DNA from: Anaerovibrio sp. | Lineage (GTDB): Bacteria > Bacillota > Clostridia > Christensenellales > Aristaeellaceae | NCBI GenBank assembly: GCA_963611355.1 | Contig: CAVDRM010000003.1 | Coordinates: 16,020-80,019 of the forward strand | DNA length: 64,000 bases | Direction: 5' to 3' | In this document: one piece after another, positions 52,978 to 61,607 of the stretch | Position numbering within the stretch: position 1 is the first letter of the stretch | Layout of the letters: each line of letters starts with the position of its first letter | The notes under the pieces: generated by a model | The model's input: only the letters and a program-made list of their open reading frames with translations | What the model was told of the DNA's origin: nothing | Database searches by the model: none | Translations under genes and position numbers: made by a program

Positions 52978-55404
52978 ATGCCGACGACGCATTTTGATAA
53001 AGAATCCATTAAGCAGTCCATCATCGGGAAGCTGCAGCGGTATAACGGAAAGACCCTGCAGGACGCGACCGACCAGCAGATTTATTTTGCCATCGCCTCC
53101 ACCGTGCGTGACCAAATCATGCAGAAGTGGGTGGAGTACAAGGAAAAGGACAAGAATTATCAGGGCAAGCGTTTATATTATCTTTCCGTTGAATTTTTGA
53201 CGGGGCGCAGCCTGCAGTGCAATGCGCTCAACCTGTGCAGCACCCGCGAATATGACGAGGCAATGGCGGAGCTGGGCATTGATTGGCGCAAGGTGGTGCG
53301 GGAAGAGCCCGAGCCCGGCCTCGGCAACGGCGGTTTGGGGCGTCTGGCGGCCTGCTTTCTGGATTCTCTGGCCTCCCTTGACCTGCCCGCGATGGGCTGC
53401 ACCATCCGCTATGAGTTGGGTCTGTTCCGTCAGCGGCTGATAAGCGGCCAACAGGTGGAGGTTCCGGACAACTGGATGGAAAACGGCAACGTCTGGGAGG
53501 TTGCCGCGATGGAAGACGCCTGTGAGGTGCATTACGGCGGCTGGGTCGAGGAAAAGCAGGAAAACGGTCGCATGACCTTTGTCCTGCATGACTATCACAC
53601 CGTGCAGGCCATCCCCTACGATATGCCTGTCGCCGGCTATGAATGCGAAACAGTCAACACGCTCAGGATGTGGCGGGCCAAGTCGCCCAAAACGATGGAT
53701 TTCACCTCCTTCTCCAACGGCGATTATATCCGCGCCATGCAGGAGGAGGAGCTGGCCGCCGTCATCAGCAAGGTGCTGTACCCGGACGACAACCATTACG
53801 AGGGCAAAGAGCTGCGCTTAAAGCAGCAGTACTTCTTCACCAGCGCGACGCTGCAATACGCCGTCAAGGACTTCAAGCGCCGCTTCGGGCGCAATTTCCG
53901 CCTCATGCCGGACAAGCTGACCATCCATATCAACGATACGCATCCTGCGCTGGCCATTCCCGAAATGATGCGGCTTTTGATGGATGAGGAAAGACTGGGC
54001 TGGGACGAGGCGAGCGCCATCGTGCAGCGCACCTTTGCCTACACCAACCACACCGTTCTCTCCGAGGCGCTGGAGCGCTGGCCGGAGGAAATGATGCGCA
54101 AGCTCCTGCCGCGCATTTACATGATTCTGCAGGAAATCAACCGCCGCGTGTGTGCGCGTCTGGCTAACTTCTATCATAACGGCTGCGACCCGCGCATTGC
54201 GGGCATGGCCGTTACCGCCTATGACATGGTGCATATGGCGAACCTGTGCGTATCCATGTGCTATTCCGTCAACGGCGTGAGCCGTCTCCACGGTGAAATC
54301 CTCAAAAACGAGACCTTCCATGACTATTATGAGGTCATGCCCGAAAAATTCAGCGCCATCACTAACGGCATTACGCACAGGCGCTGGCTGATGGTCTGCA
54401 ACCCCGGCTTGCGCGACCTTATCTGCGACGCCATCGGCGATGGCTGGAAGCACGAGCCGGAGCGCTTGGAGGAGCTGATGAAGTTCCGCGACAGCGAGGA
54501 CTTCCGCAGGCAGTTTGCCGCCATTAAGCGCCGCAACAAGGAGAACTTCAGCAATGTGCTGTTCGCCCGCCAGAAGATGACCGTTGACCCGGACTTCATG
54601 TTTGACGTGCAGGCCAAGCGGCTGCATGAATATAAGCGGCAGGTGCTCAACGCCCTGCACATTCTCGTTCTGTACAACCGCATCATGGACGACCCGAATT
54701 TCGTCATGGCCCCGCGTGTGTTCGTATTCGGCGCGAAGGCCAGCCCCGCCTACCATATGGCGAAGCAAATCATCCGCATGATTCTGGCCATCAGCAAGCT
54801 GATTGACCAAAGTCCGCGGGCGCGGCAGATGCTGCGCGTCGTCTTTCTGGAAAACTATGACGTGTCCGGCGCGGAGGCGCTGATGCCCGCCGCCGACCTG
54901 TCCGAGCAGCTTTCCACTGCGGGCAAGGAAGCCTCCGGCACGGGCAACATGAAGTTCATGATGAACGGCGCGGTCACCATCGGCACGATGGACGGCGCGA
55001 ATATAGAGATCGCCGACCGCGTGGGCATGGACAATATCTACATCTTCGGTATGCGCACCGATACCGTGCGCAGCTTGACCAGCGAGGGCAGCTATCAGCC
55101 CATGCACATCTATGAGACGAACGCCGAGCTTCGCCGGGCGCTGACGCAAATCATTGACGGCACGCTCTTCCCCGACAATGCGGGCGCGGTGCAGGACATC
55201 TATCACAACCTCCTGTTCTCCGACCCCTATTATGTCCTCAAGGACTTCGGCTCGTATTCGATGGCGCAGCGCCGCGTGGAAAAGGACTACTGCGACAAGG
55301 ACAAGTGGCTGCGCATGACCATCACCAACACCGCCAAGTCCGGCGTCTTCTCTTCGGACAGGACCATCAGGGAATACAATGAAAAAATCTGGCATCTGAA
55401 ATAA
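52978..55404 (+). CDS. glgP: Glycogen/maltodextrin phosphorylase
   Basis: RBS gaggagg. 808 aa with the PLP-Lys motif EASGTGNMKFMMNGA and GLGNGGLGRLAACFLDS. Confidence 0.95.
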   Translation: MPTTHFDKESIKQSIIGKLQRYNGKTLQDATDQQIYFAIASTVRDQIMQKWVEYKEKDKNYQGKRLYYLSVEFLTGRSLQCNALNLCSTREYDEAMAELGIDWRKVVREEPEPGLGNGGLGRLAACFLDSLASLDLPAMGCTIRYELGLFRQRLISGQQVEVPDNWMENGNVWEVAAMEDACEVHYGGWVEEKQENGRMTFVLHDYHTVQAIPYDMPVAGYECETVNTLRMWRAKSPKTMDFTSFSNGDYIRAMQEEELAAVISKVLYPDDNHYEGKELRLKQQYFFTSATLQYAVKDFKRRFGRNFRLMPDKLTIHINDTHPALAIPEMMRLLMDEERLGWDEASAIVQRTFAYTNHTVLSEALERWPEEMMRKLLPRIYMILQEINRRVCARLANFYHNGCDPRIAGMAVTAYDMVHMANLCVSMCYSVNGVSRLHGEILKNETFHDYYEVMPEKFSAITNGITHRRWLMVCNPGLRDLICDAIGDGWKHEPERLEELMKFRDSEDFRRQFAAIKRRNKENFSNVLFARQKMTVDPDFMFDVQAKRLHEYKRQVLNALHILVLYNRIMDDPNFVMAPRVFVFGAKASPAYHMAKQIIRMILAISKLIDQSPRARQMLRVVFLENYDVSGAEALMPAADLSEQLSTAGKEASGTGNMKFMMNGAVTIGTMDGANIEIADRVGMDNIYIFGMRTDTVRSLTSEGSYQPMHIYETNAELRRALTQIIDGTLFPDNAGAVQDIYHNLLFSDPYYVLKDFGSYSMAQRRVEKDYCDKDKWLRMTITNTAKSGVFSSDRTIREYNEKIWHLK

Positions 55405-55417
55405 AAAATTCATGCTT

Positions 55418-55455
55418 TGCAAATGGAAGCCCGTTTGTGCGGACTTCCATTTGCA
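55418..55455 (+). terminator. Terminator hairpin after glgP
   Basis: tgcaaatggaag...cttccatttgca (12-bp stem). The T tract is weak. Confidence 0.45.
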
Positions 55456-55486
55456 CATCCATTTTGTATTCATTGAAGGAACAACG

Positions 55487-57097
55487 ATGCTGAGAGTATC
55501 TGATATTGCCCTGCCGCTGCATGAAAGCGATGCATTTGCCTTTCAAAAGGCGCTGAAAAAGCTGCGGGTACAGCCTTCGCAGGCCGCTTCCTTCCGCATT
55601 TCCAAGCGCAGTGTGGACGCACGCGATAAAAGCAACGTTCATTTTGTCGTTTCTGTGGACGTCGCCCTGAAGGGGGACGAGGGCGCGGTACTGAAGCGCC
55701 TGAAGGCGGGTGCGGCAACCGCCGTGCAGCCCGTCAGGGGCTTGACGGTTCTGCCTGCTTCAAAGCGGCCGGAGCACCCGCCCGTGGTGGTGGGTTTAGG
55801 GCCGGGCGGTCTGTTTGCGGCGCTGTATCTGGCAAGGGCGGGCTTGTGCCCCATCGTGCTGGAGCGGGGCGAAAGCGTGGACAGGCGTGCCAGAACCGTT
55901 CGGCTCTTTCAAAATGAGCGCATCTTGGATGAAAACAGCAACATCCAGTTCGGCGAGGGAGGCGCGGGCGCGTTTTCGGACGGCAAGCTGACCACGGGCA
56001 TCAAAAGCCCGCTCTGCCGCGTCGTCTTAAAAGAATTGGCCGAGCATGGCGCGCCGGAGGACATCCTCGTCCTGGCGCGGCCGCACATCGGCACGGACAG
56101 ACTGCCGCTGGTCGTCAAGGCCATTCGGGAAGAAATCGCTGCCTTGGGAGGGGACGTACATTTTAACGCCCGCATGACGGGCATCCGTACGGACAAAGGC
56201 CGTTTAACACACGTCATGTACGAGGATGCGGACGGTGCGCATACGCTCAGGACGGACTCCCTTCTGCCTGCCATCGGCCACAGCGCCGCCGATACGCAGC
56301 GCATTCTGTACGAGGCGGGACTGGTTATCGCGCAGAAGCCGTTCTCTCTGGGTCTGCGCATCGAGCATCGGCAGAGCATGGTCAATCGGGCGCAGTACGG
56401 ACGCTTTGCGGAAGACGGGGTGCTGCCTGCCGCCGAATATCACCTTTCGGCAAAGCTCAGGGACGGGCGCGGGGCGTACACCTTCTGTATGTGTCCGGGC
56501 GGTCAGGTCGTGGCTGCGGCGAGCAAGGCGGGAGGCGTATGCGTCAACGGCATGAGCCCTTATGCCCGCGATGGCGAAAACGCCAATGCCGCTCTGCTTG
56601 TGGACGTGCTGCCGGAGGATTTCGGCGACGAGCATCCGCTGGCTGGCTTTGTGTTCCAGCGGATGCTGGAAAAACGCGCCTTTGCGCTGGGCGGCGAAGA
56701 CTATTCCGCGCCCGCGCAGCGCTTGGAGGACTTCCTGGCGGGTCGTGCCTCCGTGCGCTTGGGCGAGGTCGCGCCCACCTATCGCCCCTCCGTAACGCTG
56801 TGCGATTTGAACGCGCTCTTTCCCGCGCCCTTTGCGGATGACCTCAAAGAAGGCATTCGAAGGCTGGACGGGCGGATGCGTGGCTTTGCCCATCCCGACG
56901 CCGTGCTGACCGCAGTGGAAACGCGCTCCTCCTGCCCTGTCCGCATCCTGCGGAATGACCGTTTTCAAGCCTCCGTGCGCGGCATTTTTCCCGTCGGCGA
57001 GGGCGCCGGCTATGCGGGCGGCATTATGTCCGCAGCCGTGGACGGCCTGCGGTGTGCTGAGAGCGCGGCTCGATTTTTAAGCGAACAAATATTTTAA
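55487..57097 (+). CDS. NAD(P)/FAD-dependent oxidoreductase (COG2509-like)
   Basis: Dinucleotide fold VVVGLGPGGLFAALYLARAGLCPIVLERG. About 536 aa. Confidence 0.8.
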   Translation: MLRVSDIALPLHESDAFAFQKALKKLRVQPSQAASFRISKRSVDARDKSNVHFVVSVDVALKGDEGAVLKRLKAGAATAVQPVRGLTVLPASKRPEHPPVVVGLGPGGLFAALYLARAGLCPIVLERGESVDRRARTVRLFQNERILDENSNIQFGEGGAGAFSDGKLTTGIKSPLCRVVLKELAEHGAPEDILVLARPHIGTDRLPLVVKAIREEIAALGGDVHFNARMTGIRTDKGRLTHVMYEDADGAHTLRTDSLLPAIGHSAADTQRILYEAGLVIAQKPFSLGLRIEHRQSMVNRAQYGRFAEDGVLPAAEYHLSAKLRDGRGAYTFCMCPGGQVVAAASKAGGVCVNGMSPYARDGENANAALLVDVLPEDFGDEHPLAGFVFQRMLEKRAFALGGEDYSAPAQRLEDFLAGRASVRLGEVAPTYRPSVTLCDLNALFPAPFADDLKEGIRRLDGRMRGFAHPDAVLTAVETRSSCPVRILRNDRFQASVRGIFPVGEGAGYAGGIMSAAVDGLRCAESAARFLSEQIF

Positions 57098-57219
57098 GTT
57101 TTTTGCAGGGATTTTAAATTTTTGTGTCGAATATATCAAAGTTACTATTTTTGCAGTGCATTGACTGTTGACGCATGATGGCAGTTTTCCTTGCGGAAGC
57201 GGCCAATCCGGAGGAGTGC

Positions 57220-58770
57220 ATGGATAGAGTCCCTTATGAACCGAACGGGCAGCCCCCGCAGTGGACGCAAACGCCGCAGCAGCCGCCGACCGCGCAGCAA
57301 AGCGGCAGCGTCCCGCCGCCGGCTCAGTTGGATCCTTCCGTTTATCAAACGCCCTATCAAGCCCCGCAGCAGGGCTATCAGCAGCCTTCTCAAGCCCCGC
57401 TCTACGGGACACAGGAGTCCTTCCAGGCCCCAAACGGATACATGCCGAGCCCTGCGCAGCCTATGCAGGAGCAGGCGGGCGGTCCTTACCGGCAGCAGGG
57501 CATTATGCCGGAGGAAATATCAGACTCCAAAAAGGGCTATCGAACGCCGAAAACAGGCTTCCCGACCCAACAGAAGAAAAAGCGCTCCCGCGCCCCATAC
57601 ATCATTATTTCCCTGCTGGTGCTGCTCTTCGGCGGCTATGCCGTTATCCGCATGTCAGCGCCGGGCGAGGCCATGTACGGGCAGGTCGGCGGCGCGACCC
57701 TGTCCTCCCGCTATACGGGCGATGCCCTGCTTGTGCGCAACGAAACGGTGTACACGCAGGAGAGCGCCTCCCAGATTGAATATCTGGTCGAGGAGGGGCA
57801 GACGGTCCAGCGCAGCACCCCCACCTGCACGGTGTACACCTCCGGCTTCAACGCCAAGGAGTTGACCACCCTGCAAAAATACCGCGACCAGATCAAGGAA
57901 TACCACAAGACCTTAATCAGCGAGAACAGCAGCGGCAAGGACACCAAGCTGACCACCTTGGACACACAGGTGCGCGATTTGGCAAAGGAAACGCGGCAGC
58001 TCATCCACGGCGCACGCGGCAGTCTCATTAACCAAGAAACACTGCTGACACAGGCGCTGCAGGCGAGGCAGACGTACTTAAAGCAGAAATACCCCGACGA
58101 CCAGAAGCTCTCCCGCCTGTATGACGATGAAAACACCCAGCTTCAGCGCATTTCCTCTTGGACGAAGCAGTACGCCGCCGCCTCGGACGGCATCGTCAGC
58201 TTCTATACGGACGGCTACGAAGAAGCCTTGAACATGAACACCTACGCGGATTTTACGCCCGCCGAGGTGCGCAGCATGTATAACGGCCATATTCCCGCCA
58301 ATTCCGCCTCCTCCTCCCGCAATACCGTGTCCATCTACCGTCTGGTTAAAAATGACGGCTGGGCAGTGCTGATGCTCTGCTCCGATACGGACTGGACGCC
58401 CGTCACGGGACGCACCTATAAGCTGCTCATCGAGAGCTTTGAAAACACGGTGGTGGATGCGACGGTCGAATCCTTCACCCGCTCCGGCGGCGAGCTGCTC
58501 GTCCGCCTGACCGTGATCGATGCGGACGTCAAGAACATCCTGTATATCCGCTCCTGCCAGGTGCAGCTTGGTGAAAACGTGGACAGCCTGACCGTGCCCA
58601 CCCGCGCCCTGTACAGCCAGTACGGGCAGGTCGGCGTAGTCATCGTGGATGAAATGGGCAACAACTACTGGACCCCCGTGACCGTCATTTCCACGGAAGG
58701 CGATGTCAGCCATATCGTGCCGAACAATGCGGGGTATCTGTATGAAGGGATGACCGTAAAGCTCTTTTAA
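57220..58770 (+). CDS. Membrane-anchored HlyD/biotinyl-lipoyl-barrel-like protein with a Q/P/Y-rich cytoplasmic N-terminus
   Basis: aa 1-125 are low complexity (PQWTQTPQQPPTAQQSG...YQAPQQGYQQPSQAP...). One TM (YIIISLLVLLFGGYAVI). The extracytoplasmic part has a barrel plus coiled-coil pattern (LLVRNETVYTQESASQIEYLVEEGQTVQRSTPTCTVY...). Confidence 0.6.
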   Translation: MDRVPYEPNGQPPQWTQTPQQPPTAQQSGSVPPPAQLDPSVYQTPYQAPQQGYQQPSQAPLYGTQESFQAPNGYMPSPAQPMQEQAGGPYRQQGIMPEEISDSKKGYRTPKTGFPTQQKKKRSRAPYIIISLLVLLFGGYAVIRMSAPGEAMYGQVGGATLSSRYTGDALLVRNETVYTQESASQIEYLVEEGQTVQRSTPTCTVYTSGFNAKELTTLQKYRDQIKEYHKTLISENSSGKDTKLTTLDTQVRDLAKETRQLIHGARGSLINQETLLTQALQARQTYLKQKYPDDQKLSRLYDDENTQLQRISSWTKQYAAASDGIVSFYTDGYEEALNMNTYADFTPAEVRSMYNGHIPANSASSSRNTVSIYRLVKNDGWAVLMLCSDTDWTPVTGRTYKLLIESFENTVVDATVESFTRSGGELLVRLTVIDADVKNILYIRSCQVQLGENVDSLTVPTRALYSQYGQVGVVIVDEMGNNYWTPVTVISTEGDVSHIVPNNAGYLYEGMTVKLF

Positions 58771-58846
58771 GAGGACAGCCGTTTCCGATGGTTACATTTT
58801 CAACGGCCAGACGCGCATCGCTTTGTTCAGAAAGGAAGATAAAACC

Positions 58847-59530
58847 ATGCCGGACGAAGATGCTCTTGCGGGGAATGTCCAAAAAATCCGCACGGTGCTG
58901 GAAAAAGAAAGCGCGCCGTGGGGACGAACGCCGAAGCTGATTGCCGTGACCAAAACGGCGGCCGTGGAGCGCATTTTGCCTCTCAGCGCCCTGGGCGTTC
59001 AGGATATCGCGGAAAACAGAGTGCAGGTTTTGCAGGAAAAACTGCCCTTTTTGGAAGGAAAATTTCAATTCCACATGATAGGGCGGTTGCAAACCAACAA
59101 AGTTAAATATATAATAAGAGAGGTTTGCCTGATTCATTCTCTGGACAGGGCGGAGCTGGCGCAGGAGATTGACCGTCAGGCGGGCAGGAACGGGCTGGTG
59201 ATGCCCGTGCTCCTTCAGGTCAACGTATCCGGCGAAAAGCAAAAGGCCGGTGTCGCGCCGGAAGAGCTGCCGAATTTTTTGACATTCTGCGAGGCGCTGC
59301 CCAACCTCAGCGTTCGAGGCTTAATGACCATCCTGCCGCTGAACGCGGCGGAGGATGACCTGCTTCACTGGTTTACGGAAACGCGGCGCTGCCTTGAGCG
59401 GCTGCGGGATACGTCCCGCTTTCCCGAACGGCTCACCGAGCTTTCCATGGGCATGTCAAATGATTATGCTTTAGCCGCACGCGCAGGCGCGACAATGGTG
59501 CGCGTTGGACGCGCATTATTTTCCACTTGA
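58847..59530 (+). CDS. YggS family pyridoxal-phosphate homeostasis protein (YlmE)
   Basis: ...KLIAVTKTAAVERI...IAENRVQ...FHMIGRLQTNKVK... Confidence 0.9.
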   Translation: MPDEDALAGNVQKIRTVLEKESAPWGRTPKLIAVTKTAAVERILPLSALGVQDIAENRVQVLQEKLPFLEGKFQFHMIGRLQTNKVKYIIREVCLIHSLDRAELAQEIDRQAGRNGLVMPVLLQVNVSGEKQKAGVAPEELPNFLTFCEALPNLSVRGLMTILPLNAAEDDLLHWFTETRRCLERLRDTSRFPERLTELSMGMSNDYALAARAGATMVRVGRALFST

Positions 59531-59541
59531 GGAGGTACTTC

Positions 59542-60678
59542 ATGGCTCTGGGCAATTTCTTTAAGCAGACCAAGAATAAAATGACCGGTTTGATGGACCG
59601 TTTCTTTTATGCCGATTCCGCGCAGCGGGATGCGCGGGAGGAGGATGAGGAAGCGCAGCAGCCCGAAGCGCCGTATGCGCAGCAGCCCTATCAGCAGATG
59701 AATTATCAGCAGCCCTATCAGCCGCAGTATCAGCAGACGGCTTATCAGCAGCCCCTCCCGTCCCGTCAGGCGGATGCTTTTGACCCGTTTTTCGGTCAGC
59801 AGAGCGCGCAGCAGCCCCGGCAGTATGCTCCCTATCAGCAGCCGCAGATGAATTATCAGCAACAGCCCTATCAGCCGCAGTATCAACAGCAGGCGCAGCC
59901 GCTGTACACCCAGTTTTCCGCGCAGCAGCCCCAGCAGCCGCGCAACCGCCGGATGCAGCAGCACATGAACAGGGAGGAAAATGTCGTTCCCTTCCCCGGC
60001 CAGTATCAACAGGAGCAGCCCCAGCAGCCGCAGGCCCCGCTGCAGATGCAGCAGCCGCAGACGGCTGAAAAGGCGCTGAACATGCGTATCATGAATGTGC
60101 GCGGCATCAATGAATGCCGCAGCGCCATCGCCCTGCTCCGCGCAGGGGACGCGCTCATCGTGGTCATGGACAGCGTGTCCGACCCCGCCGAGATGCGCCG
60201 CTATGTGGACACCCTGTCCGGCGCTTGCTTCTCCCTGTCTGCCACCATCACCAAGGTCTCGCGCTATGGCGCATACCTGCTTGCCCCCGGCATCATCAAT
60301 GTGTTTGCGGACCAGATTACCAGCCAGATGAACGGTGCGCCGCGCCCGGCCCAGCCCCAGCAGCCGCGCTACAATGCGCCGCAGCAAAGCGGCTATCAGC
60401 CGCAGGGCTTCGGCCGCTATCAGCCGCAGTATCAGGCGCAGGATTACCGGCCGCAGGGGTATCAGCAGCCGCAATATCAGGCACAGCCGCGTCAGGACGC
60501 CCAGGGCTTTGCCCGGCGCAGTCCGGCGCCGGAAGTGCAGAGCGCGGCCTTCTTCGCCCAGCGTCCGCAGAATGAGCCGGAAACGCCCCCTTTTGAGGCA
60601 CAGCCGGCGGGCAGCGGCTACGCGCCGGACAGGGTCGACTATGCCGCAGATCAGGAAAATATGGCCGAGGCGGAGTAA
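59542..60678 (+). CDS. sepF: Cell division protein SepF, greatly expanded by Q/P/Y-rich low-complexity linkers
   Basis: RBS gaggagg. N-terminal amphipathic helix MALGNFFKQTKNKMTGLMDRFF. SepF core ...NVRGINECRSAIALLRAGDALIVVMDSVSDPAEMRRYVDTLSGACFSLSATITKVSRYGAYLLAP. It is 378 aa, whereas typical SepF proteins are roughly 150 aa. Confidence 0.8.
   Translation: MALGNFFKQTKNKMTGLMDRFFYADSAQRDAREEDEEAQQPEAPYAQQPYQQMNYQQPYQPQYQQTAYQQPLPSRQADAFDPFFGQQSAQQPRQYAPYQQPQMNYQQQPYQPQYQQQAQPLYTQFSAQQPQQPRNRRMQQHMNREENVVPFPGQYQQEQPQQPQAPLQMQQPQTAEKALNMRIMNVRGINECRSAIALLRAGDALIVVMDSVSDPAEMRRYVDTLSGACFSLSATITKVSRYGAYLLAPGIINVFADQITSQMNGAPRPAQPQQPRYNAPQQSGYQPQGFGRYQPQYQAQDYRPQGYQQPQYQAQPRQDAQGFARRSPAPEVQSAAFFAQRPQNEPETPPFEAQPAGSGYAPDRVDYAADQENMAEAE
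59695..59889 (+). repeat. Two imperfect in-frame copies of a 42/45-nt unit encoding QMNYQQ(Q)PYQPQYQQ within sepF
   Basis: Copy 1 is 59695-59736 (cagatgaattatcagcagccctatcagccgcagtatcagcag). Copy 2 is 59845-59889 (cagatgaattatcagcaacagccctatcagccgcagtatcaacag). Confidence 0.8.
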
Positions 60679-60698
60679 TCGGCATAAGGAGTTAAGCC

Positions 60699-60956
60699 AT
60701 GATAGCCATTATTCGGAAAATCATTCAGGTGTACGCCCTGCTGAATTTCGTTTGGGCGCTGCTTTCCTTGGCCGATACGCCGCAGAACCGCTGGACGGTG
60801 CTGCTGGAAAGAATTGTCGAGCCGGCTGTCCGCACGGGGCGCTCCATCGCCGCCAAGGTGCTGAAGGGCCGTCGCATGCCGTTTGATATCGGCCCGCTGT
60901 CCGGTGTTCTTTTAACCCTGTTGGTTCTCTTTGTGTTCAATATCATTTTCTCTTAA
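60699..60956 (+). CDS. YggT family membrane protein (YlmG)
   Basis: 85 aa with 2 TMs, in the canonical position after sepF. Confidence 0.8.
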   Translation: MIAIIRKIIQVYALLNFVWALLSLADTPQNRWTVLLERIVEPAVRTGRSIAAKVLKGRRMPFDIGPLSGVLLTLLVLFVFNIIFS

Positions 60957-60986
60957 TCTTCTCGTCCGGAAAGGAGCTGTTCCCCT

Positions 60987-61514
60987 ATGGCCATCACTGT
61001 GAGTATGATCGAGGAAAAGGAATTTAAGACCAAGATGCGCGGCTATGACCCCGTGGAGGTCGATGAATTCCTGGATGAAATCTGCGACGAAATGGAAGCC
61101 ATGCAGAACGAAATCGTTTCTCTGCAAAGCCGTCTGGCGCAGAGCGGCTCCCGCGTGTTCAGCCAGCCCGCCGCGGTCAGCGTTCCCTCTGCCGCCGTGC
61201 CCGCGCCCGCCGCGGTCGTGGAAGAAAAAAAGCCCGCGCAGGACTTTTCCGAGGAGGCAGCCCGCCTGCTGCGCAGCGCCCAGAAGGTGTATGACAACAC
61301 CGTGGCCGAGGCGAAGGCGGAGGCGGAACGCATCATCAGCGAGGCCAAGGGCTCTGTGGCCGATGAAAATCAGGACTTGGAGAAGGAGCGCGAATTGCTG
61401 GAAAGCGAACTGCGCGACCTTCGCAAGGCCGCGCAGGAATACCGCGAGAAGTTTTCCGCGCTTGTTCAGGAGCAGCAGTCTGCGCTGGAACACGCAAAAG
61501 AACTGTTTGACTGA
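60987..61514 (+). CDS. divIVA: DivIVA domain protein
   Basis: MAITVSMIEEKEFKTKMRGYDPVEVDEFLDEICDEMEAMQNE... followed by a coiled coil. Confidence 0.85.
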   Translation: MAITVSMIEEKEFKTKMRGYDPVEVDEFLDEICDEMEAMQNEIVSLQSRLAQSGSRVFSQPAAVSVPSAAVPAPAAVVEEKKPAQDFSEEAARLLRSAQKVYDNTVAEAKAEAERIISEAKGSVADENQDLEKERELLESELRDLRKAAQEYREKFSALVQEQQSALEHAKELFD

Positions 61515-61527
61515 TTCGGAAACATAA

Positions 61528-61576
61528 AGCGTGTCCGCGCCGGAAGCTGTTCCGCATATTTCGGACGCGCTTTTTG
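61528..61576 (+). terminator. Terminator after divIVA
   Basis: agcgtgtccg...cggacgcgct (10 bp including one G-U) with an inner hairpin, followed by ttttt. Confidence 0.5.
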
Positions 61577-61607
61577 TTATCATTTGATTGATTGGGAGGT
61601 TATTTCC

